From: the human T2T-CHM13v2.0 reference genome, Homo sapiens
Strand: one strand, 5' to 3'
Assembly (NCBI RefSeq): GCF_009914755.1
Contig: NC_060946.1
Length of the DNA: 64,000 nt
The notes under the pieces are model-generated. The model searched no databases. It saw only the letters and a program-made list of their open reading frames with translations, and was not told where the DNA came from. Made by a program: the position numbers and the translations under genes. Shown here piece after piece: positions 52,170 through 64,000 of this stretch; position 1 is the stretch's first letter; each line of letters opens with the position of its first letter.

Positions 52170-55100
52170 GGTGATTCAACTCTTGACTAGGAACTGCCTA
52201 CAGAGATTATTGTGAAATATCTCTGCACTGATAAACTAGGTGGTGTAAACCTTGTCCAAGCTCTACCTACAGGGGCGTTTCCACATATCCCTGAACGGAT
52301 GACAGAGGTGATGTAACTCTTGCCTAGGCTTTGCCTACAGGGAACATTGGACATATATCTGCACTGATCACCCAGGTGATGCAACTCTTGCCTAGGCTTT
52401 GCCTATAGGGGACATTGTGACATATCTCTTCAATGATCACTCATGTGATGCATCACTTGCCTAGGCTTTGCCTACAGGGGACATTGTGACATATCTCTGC
52501 ACCGATCTCCCAGCTGCTGTAACTTTAGTCTAGGCTCTGGCTACACGGCATTGTGACATATCACTGCACTGATCAACCAGGTGATATAACTCTTGTATAG
52601 GCTCTGCCTACAGGGGGATTGTGACCTACCTCTGAACTGATCACCCAGGTGATATAACTCTTCTCTAGGATCTTCCTACAGGGTACATTGTGACATATCC
52701 CTGCACTGATCACCCAGGTGATCTATCTCTGGTCTAAGCTCTGCCTAAAGGGGCATTGTGACAGATCTCTGCACTGATCACTCAGGTGATGTAAGTATTG
52801 TCTAGGCTCTGCTTCAAGGGGCCTTGTCACATATCTCTGCACTGATCACCCAGGTGATGTAACTCTTGTCTAGGCTCTGCTTCCAGGGCATATTGTGACA
52901 TATCTATGCACTGATCACCTTAGTGATGTAACACTTTGGTAGGCTCGGCCTACAGGGGAATCTTGACATATCTCTGCACTGTTAACCGAGGTGATTTAAC
53001 TCTTGTCTAGGCTGTGCCCACAGGGGGATTTAGACATATCTCTGCACTGATCCCGAGGTGATACAACTCTTGCCTGGTCTCTGCCTACTGTGGACATTGT
53101 GACATATCTCTGCACTGATCTCCCAGGTGCTGTAACTTTAGTCTAGGCTCTGGCTACACGGCATTGTGACATATCACTGCACTGATCACCCAGGCGATAT
53201 AACTGTTCTCTAGGATCTGACCACAGGGTGCTTTGTGACATATCCCTGCAATGATCACCCAGGTGATATACCACTTGCCAAGGCTCTGCCTACAGGGGCA
53301 TTGCAATGTATCTCTGCACTGATCACCTAGGTCTTGTAGCTATTTTCTAGGATCTGCCTACAGGGTGCTTTGTGACGTGTCCCAGCAAGGATTAGCCAGG
53401 TGATGTACCTCTCATCAAGGCTCTGCCTACAGGCACATTGTGATGTATCTCTCCACTGATCACCTAGGTCATGTAACATTTGTCTAGGCTCTACCTACGA
53501 TGGCATTGTGACATATCTCTGCACTAATCATCCAAGTGATGTAACTCTTGTCTAGGACGTGTCTAAATTAACTTTTTGACATAACCCTGTACTGATCATC
53601 CAGGTGATGGAGCTTTTGTCTAGGCTCTGCCTAAGGGGGCATTGTGACATATTTCTGCATTGATCCCCCAGGTGGCGAACTCTTCTCTCTGATCTGCCTA
53701 TGGGGGCATTGTGAGAAATCTCTGCACTGATCACCTAGGTGATGTAACTGTTGTGTAACCTCTGCCTACAGGGGAATTGTGAGAGATTTCGCCACTGATT
53801 ACCCAAGTGATGTAACCGTTGTCTAGGCTTTGCGTACAGGGGGCTTTGTGACATACCTTTGCACTGATCACCCAGGTGATGTATCACATCTAAGTTCGGC
53901 CTAAAGGAGCTTTGTGACATATCTCTGCACTGATCGCTTAGGTGATGTAACACTTTTATAATCACTGCCTACAGGGAATTTTGACAAATCTCTGCACTGA
54001 TCACCTAGGTGATGTAACTCTTGTCTACCCTCTGTCCAACGGGGCATTGTGAAATATCTCTGCACTGATCACCCAGGTGATTCAACTCTTGACTAGGAAC
54101 TGCCTACAGCGGTTATTGTGAAATATCTCTGCACTGATAAACTAGGTGGTGTAACCGTTGTCCAAGCTCTGCCTACAGGGGCGTTTCCACATATCCCTGA
54201 ACTGATGACAGAGGTGATGTAACTCTTGCCTAGGCTTTGCCTACAGGGAACATTGGACATATATCTGCACTGATCACCCAGGTGATGCAACTCTTGCCTA
54301 GGCTTTGCCTACAGGGGACATTGTGACATATCTCTTCAATGATCACTCATGTGATGCATCTCTTTCCTAGGCTTTGCCTACAGGGGACTTTGTGACATAT
54401 CTCTGCACTGATCTCCCAGGTGCTGTAACTTTAGTCTAGGCTCTGGCTACACGGCATTTTGACATATCACTGTACTGATCAATCAGGTGATATAACTCTT
54501 GTATAGGCTCTGCCTATAGGGGGATTGTGACCTACCTCTGCACTGATCAACCAGGTGATATAACTCTTCTCTAGGATCTTCCTACAGGGTACTTTGTGAC
54601 ATATCCCTGCACTGATCACCCAGGTGATCTATCTCTGGTCTAAGCTCTGCCTAAAGGGGCATTGTGACAGATCTCTGCACTGATCACTCAGGTGATGTAA
54701 GTATTGTCTAGGCTCTGCTTCAAGGGGCCTTGTCACATATCTCTGCACTGATCACCCAGGTGATGTAACTCTTGTCTAGGCTCTGCTTCCAGAGCATATT
54801 GTGACATATCTATGCACTGATCACCTTAGTGATGTAACACTTTGGTAGGCTCGGCCTACAGGGGAATCTTGACATATCTCTGCACTGTTAACCGAGGTGA
54901 TTTAACTCTTGTCTAGGCTGTGCCCACAGGGGGATTGAGACATATCTCTGCACTGATCCCGAGGTGATACAACTCTTGACTGGTCTCTGCCTACTGTGGA
55001 CATTGTGACATATCTCTGCACTGATCTCCCAGGTGCTGTAACTTTAGTCTAGGCTCTGGCTACACGGCATTGTGACATATCACTGCACTGATCACCCAGG

Positions 55101-56059
55101 CGATATAACTCTTCTCTAGGATCTGACCACAGGGTGCTTTGTGACATATCCCTGCAATGATCACCCAGGTGATATACCACTTGCCAAGGCTCTGCCTACA
55201 GGGGCATTGCAATGTATCTCTGCACTGATCACCTAGGTCTTGTAGCTATTTTCTAGGATCTGCCTACAGGGTGCTTTGTGACGTGTCCCAGCAAGGATTA
55301 CCCAGGTGATGTACCTCACATCAAGGCTCTGCCTACAGGCACATTGTGATGTATCTCTGCACTGATCACCTAGGTCATGTAAATTTTGTCTAGGCTCTAC
55401 CTACGATGGCATTGTGACATATCTCTGCACTAATCATCCAAGTGATGTAACTCTTGTCTAGGATGTGCCTAAATTGACTTTTTGACATTACCCTGTACTG
55501 ATCATCCAGGTGATGGAGCTTTTGTCTAGGCTCTGCCTAAGGGGGCATTGTGACATATTTATGCATTGGTCACCCAGGTGGCGAAATCTTCTCTCGGATC
55601 TGCCTATGGGGGCATTGTGCGAAATCTCTGCACTGATCACCCAGGTGATGTAACTGTTGTGTTAACTCTGCCTACAGGGGAATTGTGAGAGATCTCGCCA
55701 CTGATTACCCAAGTGATGTAACCGTTGTCTAGGCTTTGCGTACAGGGGGCTTTGTGACATAACTTTGCACTGATCACCCAGGTGATGTAACACATCTAAG
55801 TTCGGCCTAAAGGAGCTTTGTGACATATCTCTGCACTGATCCCTTAGGTGATGTAACACTTTTATAATCACTGCCTACAGGGAATTTTGACAAATCTCTG
55901 CACTGATCACCTAGGTGATGTAACTCTTGTCTACCCTCTGTCCAACGGGGCATTGTGAAATATCTCTGCACTGATCACCCAGGTGATTCAACTCTTGACT
56001 AGGAACTGCCTACAGAGGTTATTGTGAAATATCTCTGCACTGATAAACTAGGTGGTGTA

Positions 56060-59000
56060 ACCCTTGTCCAAGCTCTGCCTACAGGGGCGTTTCCACATAT
56101 CCCTGAACTGATGACAGAGGTGATGTAACTCTTGCCTAGGCTTTGCCTACAGGGAACATTGGACATATATCTGCACTGATCACCCAGGTGATGCAACTCT
56201 TGCCTAGGCTTTGCCTACAGGTGACATTGTGACATATCTCTTCAATGATCACTCATGTGATGCATCTCTTGCCTAGGCTTTGCCTACAGGGGACATTGTG
56301 ACATATCTCTGCACTGATCTCCCAGGTGCTGTAACTTTAGTCTAGGCTCTGGCTACACGGCATTGTGACATATCACTGCACTGATCAACCAGGTGATATA
56401 ACTCTTGTATAGGCTCTGCCTACAGGGGGATTGTGACCTACCTCTGCACTGATCACCCAGGTGATATAACTCTTCTCTAGCACCTTCCTACAGGGTACTT
56501 TGTGACATATCCCTGCATTGATCACCCAGGTGATCTATCTCTGGTCTAAGCTCTGCCTAAAGGGGCATTGTGACAGATCCCTGCACTGATCACTCAGGTG
56601 ATGTAAGTATTGTCTAGGCTCTGCTTCAAGGGGCCTTGTCACATATCTCTGCACTGATCACCCAGGTGATGTAACTCTTGTCTAGGCTCTGCTTCCAGGG
56701 CATATTGTGACATATCTATGCACTGATCACCTTAGTGATGTAACACTTTGGTAGGCTCGTCCACAGGGGAATCTTGACATATCTCTGCACTGTTAACCGA
56801 GGTGATTTAACTCTTGTCTAGGCTGTGCCCACAGGGGGATTGAGACATATCTCTGCACTGATCCCGAGGTGATACAACTCTTGCCTGGTCTCTGCCTACT
56901 GTGGACATTGTGACATATCTCTGCACTGATCTCCCAGGTGCTGTAACTTTAGTCTAGGCTCTGGCTACACGGCATTGTGACATATCACTGCACTGATCAC
57001 CCAGGCGATATAACTCTTCTCTAGGATCTGACCACAGGGTGCTTTGTGACATATCCCTGCAATGATCACCCAGGTGATATACCACTTGCCAAGGCTCTGC
57101 CTACAGGGGCATTGCAATGTATCTCTGCACTGATCACCTAGGTCTTGTAGATATTTTCTAGGATCTGCCTACAGGGTGCTTTGTGACGTGTCCCAGCAAG
57201 GATTACCCAGGTGATCTACCTCTCATCAAGGCTCTGCCTACAGGCACATTGTGATGTATCTCTGCACTGATCAGCTAGGTCATGTAACTTTTGTCTAGGC
57301 TCTACCTACGATGGCATTGTGACATATCTCTGCACTAATCATCCAAGTGATGTAACTCTTGTCTAGGATGTGCCTAAATTAACTTTTTGACATAACCCTG
57401 TACTGATCATCCAGGTGATGGAGCTTTTGTCTAGGCTCTGCCTAAGGGGGCATTGTGACATATTTCTGCATTGATCACCCAGGTGGCGAACTCTTCTCTC
57501 GGATCTGCCTATGGGGGCATTGTGAGAAATCTCTGCACTGATCACCCAGTTGATGTAACTGTTGTGTTAACTCTGCCTACAGGGGAATTGTGAGAGATCT
57601 CGCCACTGATTACCCAAGTGATGTAACCGTTGTCTAGGCTTTGCGTACAGGGGGCTTTGTGACAAACCTTTGCACTGATCACCCAGCTGATGTAACACAT
57701 CTAAGTTCGGCCTAAAGGAGCTTTGTGACATATCTCTGCACTGATCGCTTAGGTGATGTAACACTTTTATAATCACTGCCTACAGGGAATTTTGACAAAT
57801 CTCTGCACTGATCACCTAGGTGATGTAACTCTTGTCTACCCTCTGTCCAACGGGGCATTGTGAAATATCTCTGCACTGATCACCCAGGTGATTCAACTCT
57901 TGACTAGGAACTGCCTACAGAGGTTATTGTGAAATATCTCTGCACTGATAAACTAGGTGGTGTAACCCTTGTCCAAGCTCTGCCTACAGGGGCGTTTCCA
58001 CATATCCCTGAACTGATGACAGAGGTGATGTAACTCTTGCCTAGGCTTTGCCTACAGGGAACATTGGACATATATCTGCACTGATCACCCAGGTGATGCA
58101 ACTCTTGCCTAGGCTTTGCCTACAGGGGACATTGTGACATATCTCTTCAATGATCACTCATGTGATGCATCTCTTGCCTAGGCTTTGCCTACAGGGGACA
58201 TTGTGACATATCTCTGCACTGATCTCCCAGGTGCTGTAACTTTATTCTAGGCTCTGGCTACACGGCATTGTGACATATCACTGCACTGATCAACCAGGTG
58301 ATATAACTCTTGTATAGGCTCTGCCTACAGGGGGATTGTGACCTACCTCTGCACTGATCACCCAGGTGATATAACTGTTCTCTAGCACCTTCCTACAGGG
58401 TACTTTGTGACATATCCCTGCATTGATCACCCAGGTGATCTATATCTGGTCTTAGCTCTGCCTAAAGGGGCATTGTGACAGATCTCTGCACTGATCACTC
58501 AGGTGATGTAAGTATTGTCTAGGCTCTGCTTCAAGGGGCCTTGTCACATATCCCTGCACTGATCACCCAGGTGATGTAACTCTTGTCTAGGCTCTGCTTC
58601 CAGGGCATATTGTGACATATCTATGCACTGATCACCTTAGTGATGTAACACTTTGGTAGGCTCGTCCACAGGGGAATCTTGACATATCTCTGCACTGTTA
58701 ACCGAGGTGATTTAACTCTTGTCTAGGCTGTGCCCACAGGGGGATTGAGACATATCTCTGCACTGATCCCGAGGTGATACAACTCTTGCCTGGTCTCTGC
58801 CTACTGTGGACATTGTGACATATCTCTGCACTGATCTCCCAGGTGCTGTAACTTTAGTCTAGGCTCTGGCTACACGGCATTGTGACATATCACTGCACTG
58901 ATCACCCAGGCGATATAACTCTTCTCTAGGATCTGACCACAGGGTGCTTTGTGACATATCCCTGCAATGATCACCCAGGTGATATACCACTTGCCAAGGC

Positions 59001-62000
59001 TCTGCCTACAGGGGCATTGCAATGTATCTCTGCACTGATCACCTAGGTCTTGTAGCTATTTTCTAGGATCTGCCTACAGGGTGCTTTGTGACGTGTCCCA
59101 GCAAGGATAACCCAGGTGATGTACCTCTCATCAAGGCTCTGCCTACAGGCACATTGTGATGTATCTCTGCACTGATCACCTAGGTCATGTAACTTTTGTC
59201 TAGGCTCTACCTACGATGGCATTGTGACATATCTCTGCACTAATCATCCAAGTGATGTAACTCTTGTCTAGGATGTGCCTAAATTAACTTTTTGACATAA
59301 CCCTGTACTGATCATCCAGGTGATGGAGCTTTTGTCTAGGCTCTGCCTAAGGGGGCATTGTGACATATTTCTGCATTGATCACCCAGGTGGCGAACTCTT
59401 CTCTCGGATCTGCCTATGGGGGCATTGTGAGAAATCTCTGCACTGATCACCCAGGTGATGTAACTGTTGTGTAACCTCTGCCTACAGGGGAATTGTGAGA
59501 GATCTCGTCACTGATTACCCAAGTGATATAACCGTTGTCTAGGCTTTGCATACAGGGGGCTTTGTGACATACCTTTGCACTGATCACTCAGGTGATGTAA
59601 CACATCTAAGTTCGGCCTAAAGGAGCTTTGTGACATACCTCTGCACTGATCACTTAGGTGATGTAACACTTTTATAATCACTGCCTACAGGGAATTTTGA
59701 CAAATCTCTGCACTGATCACCTAGGTGATGTAACTCTTGTCTACCCTCTGTCCAACGGGGCATTGTGAAATATCTCTGCACTGATCACCCAGGTGATTCA
59801 ACTCTTGACTAGGAACTGCCTACAGAGTTTATTGTGAAATATCTCTGCACTGATAAACAAGGTGGTGTAACCCTTGTCCAAGCTCTGCCTACAGGGGCGT
59901 TTCCACATATCCCTGAACTGATGACAGAGGTGATGTAACTCTTGCCTAGGCTTTGCCTACAGGGAACATTGGACATATATCTGCACTGATCACCCAGGTG
60001 ATGCAACTCTTGCCTAGGCTTTGCCTACAGGGGACATTGTGACATATCTCTTCAATGATCACTCATGTGATGCATCTCTTGCCTAGGCTTTGCCTACAGG
60101 GGACATTGTGACATATCTCTGCACTGATCTCCCAGGTGCTGTAACTTTAGTCTAGGCTCTGGCTACACGGCATTGTGACATATCACTGCACTGATCAACC
60201 AGGTGATATAACTCTTGTATAGGCTCTGCCTACAGGGGGATTGTGACCTACCTCTGCACTGATCACCCAGGTGATATAACTCTTCTCTAGCACCTTCCTA
60301 CAGGGTACTTTGTGACATATCCCTGCATTGATCACCCAGGTGATCTATCTCTGGTCTAAGCTCTGCCTAAAGGGGCATTGTGACAGATCCCTGCACTGAT
60401 CACTCAGGTGATGTAAGTATTGTCTAGGCTCTGCTTCAAGGGGCCTTGTCACATATCTCTGCACTGATCACCCAGGTGATGTAACTCTTGTCTAGGCTCT
60501 GCTTCCAGGGCATATTGTGACATATCTATGCACTGATCACCTTAGTGATGTAACACTTTGGTAGGCTCGTCCACAGGGGAATCTTGACATATCTCTGCAC
60601 TGTTAACCGAGGTGATTTAACTCTTGTCTAGGCTGTGCCCACAGGGGGATTGAGACATATCTCTGCACTGATCCCGAGGTGATACAACTCTTGCCTGGTC
60701 TCTGCCTACTGTGGACATTGTGACATATCTCTGCACTGATCTCCCAGGTGCTGTAACTTTAGTCTAGGCTCTGGCTACACGGCATTGTGACATATCACTG
60801 CACTGATCACCCAGGCGATATAACTCTTCTCTAGGATCTGACCACAGGGTGCTTTGTGACATATCCCTGCAATGATCACCCAGGTGATATACCACTTGCC
60901 AAGGCTCTGCCTACAGGGGCATTGCAATGTATCTCTGCACTGATCACCTAGGTCTTGTAGATATTTTCTAGGATCTGCCTACAGGGTGCTTTGTGACGTG
61001 TCCCAGCAAGGATTACCCAGGTGATCTACCTCTCATCAAGGCTCTGCCTACAGGCACATTGTGATGTATCTCTGCACTGATCAGCTAGGTCATGTAACTT
61101 TTGTCTAGGCTCTACCTACGATGGCATTGTGACATATCTCTGCACTAATCATCCAAGTGATGTAACTCTTGTCTAGGATGTGCCTAAATTAACTTTTTGA
61201 CATAACCCTGTACTGATCATCCAGGTGATGGAGCTTTTGTCTAGGCTCTGCCTAAGGGGGCATTGTGACATATTTCTGCATTGATCACCCAGGTGGCGAA
61301 CTCTTCTCTCGGATCTGCCTATGGGGGCATTGTGAGAAATCTCTGCACTGATCACCCAGTTGATGTAACTGTTGTGTTAACTCTGCCTACAGGGGAATTG
61401 TGAGAGATCTCGCCACTGATTACCCAAGTGATGTAACCGTTGTCTAGGCTTTGCGTACAGGGGGCTTTGTGACAAACCTTTGCACTGATCACCCAGCTGA
61501 TGTAACACATCTAAGTTCGGCCTAAAGGAGCTTTGTGACATATCTCTGCACTGATCGCTTAGGTGATGTAACACTTTTATAATCACTGCCTACAGGGAAT
61601 TTTGACAAATCTCTGCACTGATCACCTAGGTGATGTAACTCTTGTCTACCCTCTGTCCAACGGGGCATTGTGAAATATCTCTGCACTGATCACCCAGGTG
61701 ATTCAACTCTTGACTAGGAACTGCCTACAGAGGTTATTGTGAAATATCTCTGCACTGATAAACTAGGTGGTGTAACCCTTGTCCAAGCTCTGCCTACAGG
61801 GGCGTTTCCACATATCCCTGAACTGATGACAGAGGTGATGTAACTCTTGCCTAGGCTTTGCCTACAGGGAACATTGGACATATATCTGCACTGATCACCC
61901 AGGTGATGCAACTCTTGCCTAGGCTTTGCCTACAGGGGACATTGTGACATATCTCTTCAATGATCACTCATGTGATGCATCTCTTGCCTAGGCTTTGCCT

Positions 62001-64000
62001 ACAGGGGACATTGTGACATATCTCTGCACTGATCTCCCAGGTGCTGTAACTTTATTCTAGGCTCTGGCTACACGGCATTGTGACATATCACTGCACTGAT
62101 CAACCAGGTGATATAACTCTTGTATAGGCTCTGCCTACAGGGGGATTGTGACCTACCTCTGCACTGATCACCCAGGTGATATAACTGTTCTCTAGCACCT
62201 TCCTACAGGGTACTTTGTGACATATCCCTGCATTGATCACCCAGGTGATCTATATCTGGTCTTAGCTCTGCCTAAAGGGGCATTGTGACAGATCTCTGCA
62301 CTGATCACTCAGGTGATGTAAGTATTGTCTAGGCTCTGCTTCAAGGGGCCTTGTCACATATCCCTGCACTGATCACCCAGGTGATGTAACTCTTGTCTAG
62401 GCTCTGCTTCCAGGGCATATTGTGACATATCTATGCACTGATCACCTTAGTGATGTAACACTTTGGTAGGCTCGTCCACAGGGGAATCTTGACATATCTC
62501 TGCACTGTTAACCGAGGTGATTTAACTCTTGTCTAGGCTGTGCCCACAGGGGGATTGAGACATATCTCTGCACTGATCCCGAGGTGATACAACTCTTGCC
62601 TGGTCTCTGCCTACTGTGGACATTGTGACATATCTCTGCACTGATCTCCCAGGTGCTGTAACTTTAGTCTAGGCTCTGGCTACACGGCATTGTGACATAT
62701 CACTGCACTGATCACCCAGGCGATATAACTCTTCTCTAGGATCTGACCACAGGGTGCTTTGTGACATATCCCTGCAATGATCACCCAGGTGATATACCAC
62801 TTGCCAAGGCTCTGCCTACAGGGGCATTGCAATGTATCTCTGCACTGATCACCTAGGTCTTGTAGCTATTTTCTAGGATCTGCCTACAGGGTGCTTTGTG
62901 ACGTGTCCCAGCAAGGATAACCCAGGTGATGTACCTCTCATCAAGGCTCTGCCTACAGGCACATTGTGATGTATCTCTGCACTGATCACCTAGGTCATGT
63001 AACTTTTGTCTAGGCTCTACCTACGATGGCATTGTGACATATCTCTGCACTAATCATCCAAGTGATGTAACTCTTGTCTAGGATGTGCCTAAATTAACTT
63101 TTTGACATAACCCTGTACTGATCATCCAGGTGATGGAGCTTTTGTCTAGGCTCTGCCTAAGGGGGCATTGTGACATATTTCTGCATTGATCACCCAGGTG
63201 GCGAACTCTTCTCTCGGATCTGCCTATGGGGGCATTGTGAGAAATCTCTGCACTGATCACCCAGGTGATGTAACTGTTGTGTAACCTCTGCCTACAGGGG
63301 AATTGTGAGAGATCTCGTCACTGATTACCCAAGTGATATAACCGTTGTCTAGGCTTTGCATACAGGGGGCTTTGTGACATACCTTTGCACTGATCACTCA
63401 GGTGATGTAACACATCTAAGTTCGGCCTAAAGGAGCTTTGTGACATACCTCTGCACTGATCACTTAGGTGATGTAACACTTTTATAATCACTGCCTACAG
63501 GGAATTTTGACAAATCTCTGCACTGATCACCTAGGTGATGTAACTCTTGTCTACCCTCTGTCCAACGGGGCATTGTGAAATATCTCTGCACTGATCACCC
63601 AGGTGATTCAACTCTTGACTAGGAACTGCCTACAGAGTTTATTGTGAAATATCTCTGCACTGATAAACAAGGTGGTGTAACCCTTGTCCAAGCTCTGCCT
63701 ACAGGGGCGTTTCCACATATCCCTGAACTGATGACAGAGGTGATGTAACTCTTGCCTAGGCTTTGCCTACAGGGAACATTGGACATATATCTGCACTGAT
63801 CACCCAGGTGATGCAACTCTTGCCTAGGCTTTGCCTACAGGGGACATTGTGACATATCTCTTCAATGATCACTCATGTGATGCATCTCTTGCCTAGGCTT
63901 TGCCTACAGGGGACATTGTGACATATCTCTGCACTGATCTCCCAGGTGCTGTAACTTTAGTCTAGGCTCTGGCTACACGGCATTGTGACATATCACTGCA
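56060..64000. repeat. Near-identical tandem duplication of a HOR dimer (2 x 1905 = 3810 bp), running off the window end
   Basis: Identical ORFs offset by 3810 (57363/61173, 57567/61377, 57904/61714, 59268/63078, 59809/63619). Alternating private markers such as tcagctaggt (57271/61081) and gcaaggataa (59101/62911). Confidence 0.92.

Larger units (their letters stand above)
1..64000 (-). repeat. Beta satellite (68-bp Sau3A / BSR) tandem array, ~940 monomers, uniform orientation
   Basis: Continuous ~68-bp monomer ggtgatgtaactcttgtctaggctctgcctacaggggcattgtgacatatctctgcactgatcaccca. Its reverse complement matches the beta-satellite consensus as I recall it (GATCAGTGCAGAGATATGTCACAATGCCCCTGTAGGCAGAGCCTAGACAAGAGTTACATCACCTGGGT). 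A Sau3A GATC site occurs in most monomers. Strand is given relative to that consensus. Confidence 0.97.

Noticed and set aside
195-63816. Dozens of 60-137 aa minus-strand ORFs (MHHLGDQC..., MISAEISH...)
   Set aside because: They recur at HOR periodicity, are translations of the 68-bp monomer in shifting frames, and appear or vanish with single substitutions. There is no gene structure. I used them only as positional markers.
1-64000. CRISPR-like pattern: conserved, partly palindromic ~30-bp core alternating with more variable ~38-bp segments
   Set aside because: The variable segments are homologous to each other and recur in fixed 28-unit order, the core itself varies, there are no cas genes or leader, and the sequence is recognisable beta satellite.
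1-64000. Alpha satellite / active centromere with CENP-B boxes
   Set aside because: The monomer is 68 bp, not 171 bp, and I saw no NTTCGNNNNANNCGGGN boxes.

Overview
The whole 64-kb window is one uninterrupted, single-orientation array of primate (most likely human) beta satellite (68-bp Sau3A/BSR family), about 940 monomers, read as the reverse complement of the usual GATCAGTGCAGAGATATGTCAC... consensus. I see no genes, RNA genes, transposons, CRISPR array or unique sequence; all ORFs are periodic by-products of the repeat. The array is hierarchical: 66-69 bp monomers form a 28-monomer higher-order repeat (HOR, 1903-1907 bp; here M1-M28, M1 = ggtgattcaactcttgactaggaactgcc, e.g. at 2901). Between 178 and 63601 there are 31 complete HOR units: 23 canonical 28-mers and 8 structural variants (40, 33, 37, 37, 45, 29, 45 and 22 monomers). 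Above the HOR are recent tandem duplications with periods 9867, 3810, 2519 and 3810 bp. The most notable signals are a second, cryptic 28-mer lineage (type B: M10/M11 fused, plus a private monomer X) that recombined with the main type to give a 37-mer, and a perfect 97-bp internal repeat where +9-monomer rearrangements recur. All parsing was by eye plus ORF-track spacing, and chromosome assignment is not possible from the sequence alone.
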